A DNA stretch of 64,000 nucleotides, taken from Malacoraja senta (lineage: Eukaryota). This document shows, piece by piece, positions 12,197-25,545 of this stretch. The notes under the pieces are model-generated. The model was not told the origin of the DNA. It saw only the letters and a list, made by a program, of their open reading frames with translations, and ran no database searches. Made by a program: the position numbers and the translations under genes. Numbering within the stretch: the first letter of the stretch is position 1; each line of letters opens with the position of its first letter. The stretch is taken from NCBI GenBank assembly GCA_038087875.1, contig CM075991.1, positions 8,434,001-8,498,000 of the forward strand, written 5' to 3'.

Positions 12197-12493
12197 ATGA
12201 TACAGCATGGAAACAGGCCCTTCGGCCACTGAGTCCACGCTGACCACTGAACACTAATTCTAGGTAATCCCACTTTCTCATCCACTCCTTGCACACTGGG
12301 GTGAATTTACAGAGGGCCATTTGCATACAAAACCATACGTTTTTGGGATGTTGAAGGAAACCGGAGCACCTGGAGGAAACCCTCATGGTCCCATGGAGAC
12401 AGTGTAAATGCCACACACAGAGAGCCAGAGATCAGGATCGGACCTGGGACCCGGTGTAGTGAAGCAGCAGCTCTACCAGCTATGCCACTGTGC
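12197..12493 (-). mobile_element. HE1-like SINE
   Basis: Reverse-complement similarity to the other HE1 copies. Confidence 0.75.
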
Positions 12494-13487
12494 TAGCCGT
12501 AGAAAGTCGACAACTGCCCCACGACTTCAAGGGTACAATAAGAATCTAGATTCTTTCTCCCATGGTGGTTCAAATGTGGAAAGCATTAAGATTCAAATCA
12601 CGGAATCACCTGTAAGAATCCAAGGCTCAGGGACACACACACTTGATTTCCCACTTTACTATTGGTAAATTTTAAAACAAGGCTACAAACCATTTACAAT
12701 AGTCCTTCAATCAAACCGAGTTTATGGGACGGCATGCCTGCTGGTAAACATATTGCACAAACAGCAGGCAAGGTTAGGATTGTGCTGTGTTTCAGTTGAA
12801 GAGATAGGCACCCTAAGGATTTTAAGTGAAGTGGATCACCCGCAGATGAAAAAATACACTAGCAAGGAAACAAAGAATACAGAATCCAACCAAGAAAGAA
12901 ATTGTCCAAGCTTGACGTCCAACTAAGATGGAACATTTTAATCACAGTAAGATGGATTGCATGATGAGGAAAAGAACCACTAATGGTTTTTTAAAGGGAA
13001 GTCGTATTTCAACACATCTTGTTAGTTCAAGTTTCCACCTCATCATGAAACAAGCCAATCTTAAAACTAGCTAGTTTGTTCTGTGACTGTTCATAAAAAG
13101 TCACATTTAAATGTAAATTTAAAATGTATTAAAATAACTACTAGAATTCATCATGGTCATAATAAGCTTTCATTAACCGGGAAAAAAAATTATACGTTCA
13201 CACATGGACAATTTCAGCAACAAAATACTCTTATTTTCTAAAGCAAATAATGTGTAAGATATTCACTTTGGCACTGTAAAATTCAGCATTATTTAATAGT
13301 CAAAAGGAAACAACAGATTCATTTGCAGAAGGTTATAAGGCACCAAAGTCTGTGCTGATCAAAGCACATTTGGTTTAATTGCTGTGAGTTTGCTCGGCTA
13401 AACAAAGGAATGATACTACTTCAGTTCTTTTGTTATATTTTAGTTTTAGAGATACAGTGCAGACTCGGTGGGCTGAAGGGCCTGTAT

Positions 13488-13779
13488 CTTTTAGAGATAC
13501 AGTGCGGAAACAGGCCCTTCGGCCCACCGAGTCGGCGCCGACCAGCGATCCCCGCACATTAACACTATCCTACATACACGAGGGACAATTTACACATACA
13601 CCAAGCCAATTAACCTGTACGTCTTTGGAGTGCGGGAGAAAACCAAAGATCTCGAAGAAAACCCACAAGGTCATGGGAAGAACGTTCAAACTCCGTACAG
13701 ACAGCACCCGTGGTCGGGGTTGAACCCGGGTCTCCGGCGCTGCAAGGCAGCAACTACCGCTGCGTCACCGTGCCGCCCC
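13488..13779 (-). mobile_element. HE1-like SINE, near full length
   Basis: Head GGGGCGGCACGGTG..., B box and CR1-type tail. Confidence 0.85.
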
Positions 13780-14335
13780 CTATCCTATATGATTTTAAAG
13801 CGATTAGCATCTATTCTTTAGAAGTTCGAATAGATGCTCAAAGGCCACAGCTGTCACAGTTAATCTAAATAAGATTATAAATCTGTTCTGTTGAAAAGAA
13901 CCACAGAACATGTGTAGCAGGGTACATTTTAAACAGCTCCAGGTCAAATGCAAGCGGAAGCTCCAAGTCCACCAAGTGAAACAAATGCACACAAAAAATA
14001 GAAGAACCTAGTTAGTGTTGGAAGGAACTGCAATGCTGGATTATACCGAAGATGGAGACAAAGTGCTGGAGTAACCTAGCGTGCCAGGCAGTATTTCTGG
14101 AGCAAAGGAACAGGTGACGTTTCGGGCCAGAACCCTTCTTCAGACTTCAACTAGTTTTAAAACCTTTAAAACTTTTGAGTTTCAAACTTTATTAGAAACT
14201 AGTTAGTATGGGCTCATTATAACTAAACTAGCAGATGCTACACAAACTACATTCTATTTCATGTTTTCAGGAACGACTGTGGTTGATTGAATACTTTGGC
14301 CTAATACAAATCAAGAGCTTCAACTGTTTATTTAC

Positions 14336-14456
14336 CTTTTCTTTCGAAGTAAGTGTGGGATGAACAAACTTCTTGTAAATCATGCTGGCACCTTTCGTGT
14401 ATGGGGACAACAGCCAGACCACTAGCGCAATCTTTATTTCATAATAGAACGGAAAC
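14336..14456 (-). CDS. REEP4: REEP4 exon 4 ([40 protein letters not shown])
   Basis: 121 nt; CAG acceptor and GTAAAT donor; lies inside ORF 14267..14545. Confidence 0.95.
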
Positions 14457-14667
14457 CTGCAGGCAGAAGAGGATTTATCCGTCAGCAAATAAACAACAGG
14501 TACAAGAGACACATTTCTCATTCGTGCCATCTGATCAGTGATCACCTAGAAGTTAGAAAAATCATCTCTTATTTAAAATCAATAACCAACTTGGCTTAGC
14601 ATGTACAACGTTGAATTCGGGCCTGACCCCATTTACTGATAGCTGCATGGCAAGCCACTATCAACAG

Positions 14668-14889
14668 TAAGGGTTCCTAGCCTGGGGTAAATTTACCCGG
14701 GGGTAAATTTCACATACTCAGGGGGTAAATTTGTTGATTCTGGATTTGTACATATTTTTTCTCATTGACTGACTGTGTTTGGTTCTGGTATCTGTTCATC
14801 ATTAGTTGTTCATAAATAAGTGAAATAACATTGTTATGTGCTATTAAATTTGCCTGGGGTTACAGGACGAAAAAGGTTAGGAACCCCTG
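14668..14889. mobile_element. hAT (Charlie-like) MITE
   Basis: TIRs TAAGGGTTCCTAGCC and GGTTAGGAACCCCTG; degenerate 8-bp TSD ATCAACAG/GCCTACAG; subterminal GGGGTAAAT repeats. Confidence 0.7.
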
Positions 14890-15760
14890 GCCTACAGCAA
14901 TGCTCCAATAATCCACTTAGCATCTGCCTCAACTGGTAGTTTCCTTGCGCTCACTTTAATCTCACTGGGGCTTCTTCCCACACTTTGTTAAATTCACCCG
15001 AGCCCCTTGGCCCACACTTCCTTCAATCTCAATGGGGGTCACATTCCACACTCCCTTCAATTCCCCATGACCCCCTGTCTCTGCACTCCCATTAAACACA
15101 ACTAGTTTACTGGAAAAATAAATAAATCATTCTATTGATGTACCATCTTCTTTTAAGAAAAGTGAATTAATGTTGGGATATCACAAGGAGTTATATCCAA
15201 TAGCCCAGAAATCTGCCAGCTCGGCACCAAAGACAGGATAATGGAAGAATGCTGACAGGGAAGGCAAAAAAGAAAATGAACGAAAGAGCCTGTATAGGTC
15301 AGGGAATCGGGATTGTGCAGGCCATCCATCAGTGGTATGGCAATGACCATTATAGAAGCAAGAGAGCCAGAGCCCTAGAAGGGAGGAATCAATGCCGCTT
15401 GAAGCAGACTACGTTACTTTGCATGGAACCCGTCCCCTTGCTCTGGAATGAATCAATTATTGCAACTCCTACACTACCTATTGTCACAAGCTTTATCAGT
15501 TACCCACAACAGCAAAATGTGTAAAGATAGAATGAAGATTGAGTTTCTTTCACCTACAAACTCCACGTAGCTTGGAACACTCTCACAATATACTCATTTA
15601 CCTTTGCTCACCGTTCTCCATCAACTTTCACCAAATATAAACCCTGCTCTCAATGCTCATGGATTATTTTGCTCTCAACAAACGACCGTTTAAAAAAAAA
15701 AGTACATTCCTTCTCTTAAATCATCTCTTTCAATATGCCGAAAAATGCGCTGAAACTCAC

Positions 15761-15837
15761 CAAGAAATAAATATGTCCGTGAAGGTTTCTATTGTTGTGA
15801 AGATTGCAAACACGATCCAATACATCATCCATCGGAC
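15761..15837 (-). CDS. REEP4: REEP4 exon 3 (VRWMMYWIVFAIFTTIETFTDIFISW)
   Basis: 77 nt; TAG acceptor and GTGAGT donor; TB2/DP1/HVA22 domain sequence. Confidence 0.95.
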
Positions 15838-16163
15838 CTAGGGAAAAATCAAATGGATATTGATTTATCAGAGAACACAGAAAATTAGACAAAGTGCATG
15901 TCGGATGTGCCCAATTTACTGAAACCTGCTGCTACTTCGAGGAAAAAAACAACAACCTTGAGATGGAGAGGAAAAGGAAGGAAAATAATGTCATTAATAA
16001 TCCATCTCCAAGTGAAGTACAAGTTCTAATTTGCTGCAAGGAAGTCCAGGCATTTTCCCCAAGTGCAGATAAAATCTCTCAGAACCATTAGCTGAAAAAA
16101 AAATGGACGTCCAGATATTACATGGCAATTATTAAAATTGTACCCAGTGACACCTTTCTCATT

Positions 16164-16330
16164 GTGTAGGAAAGAACTGCAGATGCTGGTTTAAATCGAA
16201 GGAAGACACAAAATGCTGGAGTAACTCAGTGGGACTGGCAGCATCTCTGGAGAGAAGGAATGGGTGACGTTTCAGGTCTCTACCAGAAACGTCACCCATT
16301 CCTTCTCTCCGGAGATGCTGCCTGTCCCGA
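16164..16330. mobile_element. Penelope-derived inverted short insert
   Basis: Arms meet at the GTTTC...GAAAC core. Confidence 0.75.
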
Positions 16331-17109
16331 ACAACTTTCTCATTTCCAGAAACTGGCAAGTGGGCCAAGATTGTAGGGACATAGAAGTGATGGTTACATT
16401 TCAAGAGATGAACTTTAAAATTTGCTGATGCCATGAATACATTTCCATTTTTTCCCACCCCCTCTTTTAAAAAAAATAATCCTGTATTCTTCAAGCACAA
16501 ATAGATTTACTGTTAAACCATTGATTTGTGCCAAAGATATTTGTGCCAATTAGAGTCAGGGTCATACAGTGGAAACAGGCCCTTCAGCCCAACATGCCCC
16601 ATCTACACCAGTCCCACTGGCCTGTGTTTGGCCACATTCTTCTAAACCTATCCTATCCATGCACTTGTCCAATGTCTTTTCAACGTCGCAATAGTACCTG
16701 CCTCAACTACCTCCTCTGGCAGCTCGTTCCATACACTGTGTCAAAAAAGTTACCCCTCACGTTCCTATTAAATCTCGCCACCCCCCCCCCCACCCCATAT
16801 CTTAAACCCATGTCCTTTCGTTCTTGATTCCCCTACTCTGGATAAAAGTGCTGTGCATGTACCCTATCTTATCCCCTCCTGATCTTATACACCTCATCCT
16901 CTCTGCTCCATGGAATAAACCTCTCCCTGTAACTCAGACCCTCGAATACTGGCAACATCCTCAAATGTTTTCTGTACTCTTTCCAGCTGAACATCTTTCC
17001 TATAACACTCCAAAAGCCTTCTTTTATCACCCTCTTTCACTTTGACACCAGTTTCATGCATATTAACACTATCCTACACTAGGGACATTTTTTTACATTT
17101 ACCAAGCCA

Positions 17110-17314
17110 GTGGGACGTCTCTTAGCGGCTCGTAACGCTAACGGCAGGTACTCGGGAAACGCGGGAAGACTCGTGAAGTTTTTTCAACATGTTGGAAAAT
17201 GTCCACGAGAGCCCCGAGTACCCACGAGCGGCTATTACCGTAATTCTCCGAGTTCGAATCAGTGGGAAACTCGGGAGAACTCTTGAATTACCTCGTACAG
17301 TGGGACAGGCCCCT
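17110..17314. mobile_element. Truncated Harbinger-like MITE (right end)
   Basis: Ends in GTGGGACAGGCCCCT|TAA, like the TIR of 51278-51963. Confidence 0.65.
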
Positions 17315-17540
17315 TAACACTGTCCTACACACCAGGGACAATTTTACATTTATACCAAGCCAATTAACCTACAAACCCGCACGTCTTTGGAGTGTGGGAG
17401 GAAAGCGAAGATCTCGGAGAAAACCCACGCAGGTCACGGGGAGAACGTACAAACTCCATACAGACAGCACCCATAATCAGGATCGAACCCGGGTCTCCGG
17501 TGCTGTAAGGCAGCAACTCTACCGATCCGCCACTGTGGCG
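17315..17540 (-). mobile_element. HE1-like SINE
   Basis: Similarity to other HE1 copies. Confidence 0.8.
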
Positions 17541-20500
17541 GCAATCTCCGGCATACAAAACCATGCTGACTCTCCCTAATCAGTCTCTGTCTATCCAAAT
17601 ATCTTATCCCTCAGAATATTCTCCTGTAACAGACGTTAGGCTCACTGGTCTGCAGTTCCCAGGCTTTTCCATGCAACCCTTCTCAAATAGAGTTACAACA
17701 TTAGTCACCAGTCATCCCGTGCCTCATCTGTACATGGTAAATACCTTAAACCATGTGTAATGGGAAGGGAGTAGGTTAAAGTAAATATTTATTTCAAGAA
17801 GGAAGCGTTTCTTCACCTCCAGGCGGGTTGGAATCGGCAACATTGCCTGCGGAGTGGTGGCGGCAGAGATTCCTAGAACATTCATGTCTTTAACAAGCTT
17901 GAATCACCAAAGCATGAAGGGCCAAGGGCTGGAAGAAGTGATCGGTATAGATGGGTACACAACCGTCTCAAGAAAATAGTGGCTGTGCAACTCCAAACTC
18001 TTCATAAAAGAGAAGTTGTAAGAGGACAATACGACTATTCAGTAACGATTACAAGGCAGCCTCATGATAGACGTTGTTGAGATGCCTTTAAATACCAACC
18101 GCCGGGAAAAAATAAAAATCAGGAAAAAAGCAGGGCAAACACGATTAAACTCATTGAGCTTAGTGAAGATTGCAAATTTAACAGCAGCACAAATATTTGT
18201 CAAATAATTCTACAGGGCAGCAACACAAACATTGTGTGAGATGAGGTAAGCTATTTTGCTTTTTCACCCCATACATAGTGCTAGGTGTTCCTCCTTCACT
18301 GCTCAGAAGCTGGCCAAAGATGGTAATCACCAACATCCTCCTAAAACTTGCGGCTGCCAGGAAAAATGCTCCTGGAAGCAGCTTGGTCATCTCAGTTAGA
18401 ATACAGTGAAGCTACTTAATTCTAGGTACGCATGCAGCAAGGACGCTGGCTCCAAAACAGAGTTTGTTAATGACTGAGAAACACAGTGTTATGAAGCCTA
18501 CAAAATGATTGAAAAAATTATTATATTTGACAAAGCTTTTGTTTTCCTGCGTTGTCAGCAAGGTTTGCCAAGTGAACAAAACAGCAACACATTGGCAGTA
18601 GAGTCCTTGGCATTGCCGATTCAGTCAGCTTGGGTGTTTAAGCTCACGTCGCCCACATTTGGCTCCATTATGATTAAATGTTCACAACACAAGGCTATAA
18701 GGTGCATTCAAGATGGAGGTTAAGAAGAAATGTGAAAGGCTGTACATGGGGTCATCGGAGGAGTATGATTCCATTGACTATAGGCCTGGTGATGACACCA
18801 GGTGCCTCTGTCTGAAGTGATGCATATACCTTGCATGTGACTTATCCACACACTATACTTGGGGGAAATGTCTAGGCATTGGCTGAAGATTTAATGCAGA
18901 GACAGTTTCAGTGCCGTTTATTGTCACGTGTGCAGAGGTACAGTGAAACGCCTTTGTTGCATGCCAACCAGTCAGCAGAAAGACAATGCGTGGTTACTAC
19001 AGAGCCATTCACAGTATACAGATACATATGGGAATAATGTTTCGTGGGTGGTGGGTATATGGAACAAGCTGCCAGAGGAGGTAGTTGAGGCAGGTACTGT
19101 AGCAGCATTAAAAAGGCATTCGGACAGGTACATAGATAGGAAAGGTTTAGAGGGCTATGGGTCAAATGGAGGCAGGTCTAGTATAGATGGGGCATCTTAG
19201 TCGGCATGGGAAAGTAGGGCTGAAAGATCTGTTTACGTGTTGTATGACTCCATAACTATGACAACCTGCGCAGAACCGGCTGCCCAGATGCTTCTGACCC
19301 TCCATTATTCTACAAACTGCACTTCGATCCGACAAGCAAGATAGAAAATGTAATCACGCAGCTTACAGCGCCAAGGACCCGGGTTCAATCCCGATAATGG
19401 GTGCTGTCTGCACAGAGTTTGTACGTTCTCCCTGTGACCTGCGTGGGTTTTCTCCGAGACGGAGGAATTCAATAACTAAAAATGCACGTTACTGGAGTTG
19501 GAATGAGGTGTACATTTTTTGGGAAGGCAACACATGCCGGACATGACAAGAAACCAAACTAAAACTAATCATGCTAACTGGTCCTGTTCAGTTAAATAAT
19601 ATGCCCCTGGCCTCTTTCCCCACTAGATCAGTACATTTATTCATGTAATAACTCTTCCTATTAACAAAAGTCAGAGCCGTGGGTGGACTTGGATTCCGTC
19701 CCCACTCAAGAGGGGATGTCACGTGCACCTAATCTGCAAACATTTTGCCGTATCATTTATAGAAAGATTTTAGCACATCACTATTGAGACTAAAATTTAA
19801 GATAGAATATTTTAAGCTACCTCAGTTAGGTTACAAAAGAAACATTGCCCAGCTATTTATTTTATTTTATTGTTATGTGTACAGAGGTACAGCGAAAAGC
19901 TTTCGTTGCATGCTAACCAGTCAGTGGAAAGACAATACGCGATTCCAATCAAGACATTCACATGATAAGGGAATAACGCTTAGTGCAAGATGAAGTCCGA
20001 TCAAAGATAGTCCGAGGGTCTCCAATGAGGTAGACAGTAGTTCAGGACTACTCTCTGGATGTGGTGGGATGGTTCAGTTGCCTGATAACAGCTGGGAAGA
20101 AACTGCCTCTGGCAGCTGACAACAGAGTTGCATAGCAACAGGATTCCTGCTGCATCTCACGCTGTGTATCATTGCAAATGGGGCAAAGAGCACTAAACAT
20201 AAATGGCAATTGTTTGTTCCACTGTACTATTCCCTAGAGACAATGTGACAGGTGAAGTACACAGTAAATAACTGGATGAAGTAGCAACAATTCGGTTTGC
20301 AATGCAGACAACCAATTTCAAATGTACTCTAATTCATCGTATTAAGTATCCAAGGCGGTACAATTCAGAATTCAATTACGTGCTTAGACCTTCAAATATG
20401 GACCTTTCACATACAACTGCAACCAAAAGGTACAACTTCTAGACATAAATAGCAACACCCATTAATTTGACATTACGTTGTGTTTATAGTCACAAATGTG

Positions 20501-21650
20501 ATTTCATTTAAATGGAATTGAGTTACACAGTAAAGGAGTTGTATTGAAAGAAAAGACAGTGCTGGAGTAACTCAGCGGGTTAGGCAGCATCCCACGAGAA
20601 CATGGATAGGTGACGTTTCGGGTTGGGACCCTTCTTCAGAGTCGGAGGAGGAGAACGTCTTCAATGTAACCATACCTTGATGAGAACTCGCAGTAGAGCA
20701 GTCAAAATGTAGAAACAAGGAACTGCAGATGCTGGTTTATAGAAAAAACATACCAAGTGCTGGAGTAAACCAGCAGGTCAGGCATATCCCTGGAGAACAT
20801 GGATAGTCCATGTTCTCCAGAAACGCTGCCCGAACCGCTGAGCTACTCCAGTACTTTGCCTCTTTCTTTGTAAACCAGCCTCTGCGGTTCCATTTCTACA
20901 GGAAGTCCCATTGGTTCACTTTGGATTGCATAGGGTGGGTAAAGTTGGGGTAGGAGATAAAGGAATGGAATAGATGGCCACATTCTGTGAAGGGGAATGC
21001 AAAGCGACAACCTCAGCCTTGGGCTTGTTGTCAGACAAGATTCGTGCACATAATAAACAGAATCACAAGAGGATCAGACAATTTGGGACATACAGTAAAA
21101 AGCAGGCTAGGAGTTGATGGAATTACAGAAAAAGATTAATTAGGCTGAAGGGCCTCAAGCCCTTTTTAAATATTCTTCCAATAAAAGCTATTCAGGCCTT
21201 GGCTCAGCCCCATCCAATTAATTAATAACATATCATGCTCTCTATCAATAATTCCGTACAATGGCTTGAAACAGGCCGCGTTTCTGAGCCATTTTACGTA
21301 GTGCATTTTAACCCGACTGGCAATAGCATCAACTCCCTCTCCTGGAGTTGTGATGTGACATCTTGGCAGGAGTCAAAAGTTGAACCATCAGGAGTTTATG
21401 GCAAGCATGAAGACCCACATGGAGTCTGGTTCTATTCAAGCTACAGGCTTTGAAGCAAGTCTTAGTGTATCAAGGAACACCTGTTAAATCAGCCAAGATT
21501 ATGGCACAATTTCAGTCAAGGGATGCTTAAGCAAAAGTTTGAATGATAGGGTGGTTTTAGCAATTGGCAATACTGCAGTTGTGGCCATCTGCAACCATGA
21601 AGTGCTTAAACAGCAATGTTAAAAAGCAATGACAAATGCACTGTACTTAC

Positions 21651-21723
21651 ATATTCCTTCACGTTTTTTGTCTTGACAGCTTTATAAGATGAGTATGCAG
21701 GATACAAAGTACCAAAGGCGAGC
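21651..21723 (-). CDS. REEP4: REEP4 exon 2 ([24 protein letters not shown])
   Basis: 73 nt; CAG acceptor and GTAAGT donor; phase matches exon 1; conserved REEP motif. Confidence 0.95.
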
Positions 21724-24296
21724 CTGTTTCCAATAGAAAGTAAACTTTAAAAAGTGCCTTTTAAGAAGTGACTGAGAATAAAATAGGAAATTACTAACAA
21801 GTTACAATAATATCAGGGAATATGATGGAATCTATATCTAGCACATCCAGACAATAGAACCAAGCACAGTTAATGCGAATATTTGAAGGGAACTTTGTGT
21901 CAGAGTATAGACACAAAATGCTGGAGTAACTCAGCGGATCGGGCAGCATCTCTGGAGAAAATTATGTACATGTGACGTTTCGAGTTGGGAAGAAGGGTCA
22001 CCTGTCCATTTTTTCCAGATATGTTGCCGGACCCGCTGAGTTACTCCAGCATTGTGTATAAAACCATTTGGTATAGACCAAAATCTGCAGTTCATTGTTA
22101 TTCATTCATGTCTGACTAACGAGTTCTTTGGGAATGTAACTATTCAAATAGATAAAATGGGAACCAGCGAGAATGCAAGTGCATTTGGAGTTTCAAAAGG
22201 GTTCGACAAGGTACCGCATGGGAGGTTGATTCACGAGGTTGTGCATATGGAGTTGGGGAGGGGGATGTACTGCGTGCATGGCAAAGAGTGGAAATAAGTT
22301 ATATCCTGCTCAGTCTGGCACAGCAAGGCCATTCACCATCTATAAAAATGATCTGTCTGATGGAATCATGGCATATTCCAAATTTGCAGACAAAACTAAA
22401 TTAGATGGGATTGTGAGCATAGGGGATAAGAAGTCGTTTCACATCAATATGAACAAGCTGAGCGTGCGGGTGATAACATGGAAACAGTCCCTTTGGCCCA
22501 ATTAGTCCATGTCGACTAAGATGCCCGGTACAACCGGCCCCATTTGCCTGCATTTAAGCCATTTCCCTCCAAGCCTTTCCTGTCCAAGTGTCTTATAAAT
22601 GCTGTTGAAACTATCTGCCTCAACTACCTCCTCTGGCAACTCGTTTCACATAACTACCACCATCTGAATGAAAAAAAGTTACCCCTCAAGATTTGTATAC
22701 ATTCTTACCCCTCTCACCTTAAACATATGTCCTCTTGTTTTTGATTTTCCTACTCTGGGTAAAAAGACTCTGCATTCACCCCATCTATTCCCCTCATTAT
22801 TTCATAGCCCTTCTTAAGATCACCCTCCTGTGCTGCAGGCAAGGAAGCCCTAACCTGCTCAACCTGTCCCTGTGGCTCAGGCCCTGACGTCCATGGTAGA
22901 TAGAGCATAATATAGGAAAATGCATAGTCATCCACAGGTGCAGAATGAGAAAGCAGGTCATTTGTGAAAGGAGTGGATAATTTCCCAAAAAATACTACGT
23001 GCTTGTAAATAACTCACTGAGGGCAAACCACAAGCAATTAGGTCAAATGATAATGCATCCTTTGTTAGGAGGGTGCCCGATTACAGAAGTCTTATTATAA
23101 TTGGACACAGTACAGGGACTTGGTGAGACCACATCTTGAGCCGAGTATACAGTTACAGAGTCACAGTCTCCTCATGTAAGAATGGGTGTAATTACAGGAT
23201 TAAATTGCTGGAAAGATTCACTCAGCTGGTTCTTGGTTCTTGGGGTGGCAGGTTTGCCAAGCGATTGAGGAGATTGGCGTTGCATCCTTTAAAAGGGATC
23301 TTATCAAGACTTAAAATTCTCAATGGCTCGACAAGCAAGGTGCCGGGAGGATTTCTCCTGACTGACGATTGTCGGACCGTGGACATATGTAGTTAGAGAA
23401 CAATGCTTAGGCCATTTACGACCGAGATGAGGAGAGGGTGGCGAAACTTTGGGTTTTGTTTGCAAAATTATTGCGGAAGCTCTTGGTGTTCAACCAAAAC
23501 ACAAATTAAGATGTTCTTGGCAATAAAGGAATTCAATGTTTATATATGGTTGTGCAAGAATGAACGGCAGATGCTGGTTGACACCAAAGATAGACACAAA
23601 ATGCTGGAGTAACACAGCGGGTCAGGCAGCATCTATGGAGGAAAGGAATAGATGACGCTTCAGGTCGAGACCCTTCATCTTACGCAGACGCAATCAAATG
23701 CACATAGTTATTGCGATAGAAATGGTACTGCACTAGAAAATCAGCCACGATTCTGATGAATAACAAAGGGTTAGATGGATAAATTTGGTTCCTTGATGTC
23801 CACAAATTAAGAGCAGAGCACCACCAAAAATGGCTGCTACCAAAATAGAGTGAAGCTAAGCAAATTCCAATAACGTAAGACTCATTGACAATATATCTTA
23901 CCAGATAGAAACAAATAACTTAGTTAACGTACTTGACAAATACATACAAGGTGTATTCTGGCCCAGTAAAGGTACAGATTCATATAATTTAGACGAGTAC
24001 AACAATGTAGTAACTACAGAGCTGGACTTTAAAAAAATCACTTGTACAGAATAACTGTTGTGATCACACATATCAGCAACGTTCAATAAATGTATTTACT
24101 AATATATAAGTTAGTTAAAAATTTACTCCTCAAAATGCTCTTTGGCAATAAGGGCCGTTACAGATGAACAAGTTTGGCCCAAGGTAAATATTTAAGTTTT
24201 TGTTATTGAAAAGGCTCAAGTACGTTTTTGTAAAGGATAATGTTTGAAGCTTCAGCAGTCAGCACTTGTGAAATGATCCTAAACATGCACAAAGTT

Positions 24297-24427
24297 TGTA
24301 GGAAAGAACTGCAGATGCTGGTTTAAATCGAAGATAGACACAAAATGCTGGAGTAACTCAGCGTGACAGGCAGCATCTGTGGAGAGAAGGAATGGGTGAC
24401 GTTTCGGGTCGAGACCCTTCTTCAGAC
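24297..24427 (-). mobile_element. Penelope pLTR-derived fragment with hammerhead-like core
   Basis: Minus strand CTGAAGA-AGGGTCTCGACCC-GAAAC-GTC. Confidence 0.75.
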
Positions 24428-25199
24428 ACAGTTTTTATCTTAGTGCATGGCTGCAAAATATAGTGCATTAAAAACTGCCTGCATTTGGACAAGGGCCGTT
24501 GCTGAACAACTGTCTAACATGTTTTACGTATTGGTTCACTTTCTGGTGAAGAAAGTGCCAGAGATGTCTCTTTCCCTATTTTGGGAAGATTTCATCCATC
24601 AAATGGAAAGAAACTCTTCCCCAAACAAGACCATGTGAAGACCTTTCCAAGGCTAGGAAGCTTCGTTTGGATCCAGCTTGCATCTTTTAAAATAACATAT
24701 AACCTCCACTTCAGCTCAAACAGCAGCACTATAATTCCAACAAGGGTCAGACGATCATTTGAAAATAACAACAGTTGCAATTCCTCATTTTCAGAACCTC
24801 TCGGGTTTCTGTAGACAGATAAAGAAACCCACAAGCATGAACAGCCGGCAAGATATGCTAAAGCCACAGAATCAGCACCTCCATTTTACTCGACAGCTGC
24901 CTGAAGGAGGCCAAGGAAACTAATTATGGATCAGTTCATTGTGCCAGGAGGAGACGTCAAAGATTCAATTGAGGAAAAAAGGCATTGAAGCAGACCCGAT
25001 ATCAGTTTATGCCCCATTTTTTTAATTCACTATTTCCATCAAAGCCAATTTAAGAATGTGGCAACAGGGGAACCTAAGTGGACCTCCCACTGCCTCAAGA
25101 AGCTCCTGTTTTCATCTCAAAATGAGCTGGCAGGAATGTAGATCAAATATTTTCCTACAGGCCAAAAGTATTGAAACATGTGCAACAACAAAAAAACAA

Positions 25200-25545
25200 C
25201 ACACAAACTGCTGGAGGATCTCAGCAGGTTAGATGACATCTATGGAGTGAAATGGACAGAGGGTATTGAGGGTTGGGGCCTTTCTACAGACTGATGGAGG
25301 TAGAAGGTAGAAAGAGGGGGGACAAGAGCTGGCAAGCAATAGGTGCATCCAGGTAAGGAGGGACAGACTATGCAGGTGGAGATGGTCGACATCGATAGTG
25401 ACGAATGCAACAGAGGTTGGAAATGCACGCAAACTTCTGTTTTATCGGGAAGGGCTGTTTGGGTTTGTGAATGAAGGAGAGGGAGATAGTGTGTGGACAG
25501 GTGTTGCACTCCCTGCAGTTGCAAGGAAAAGTCCCCGGAGCAAAC
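25200..25545 (-). mobile_element. Older Penelope fragment
   Basis: Minus strand encodes GTFPCNCRECNTCPH...KQKFACIS, the Cys motif preceding GIY-YIG. Confidence 0.65.
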
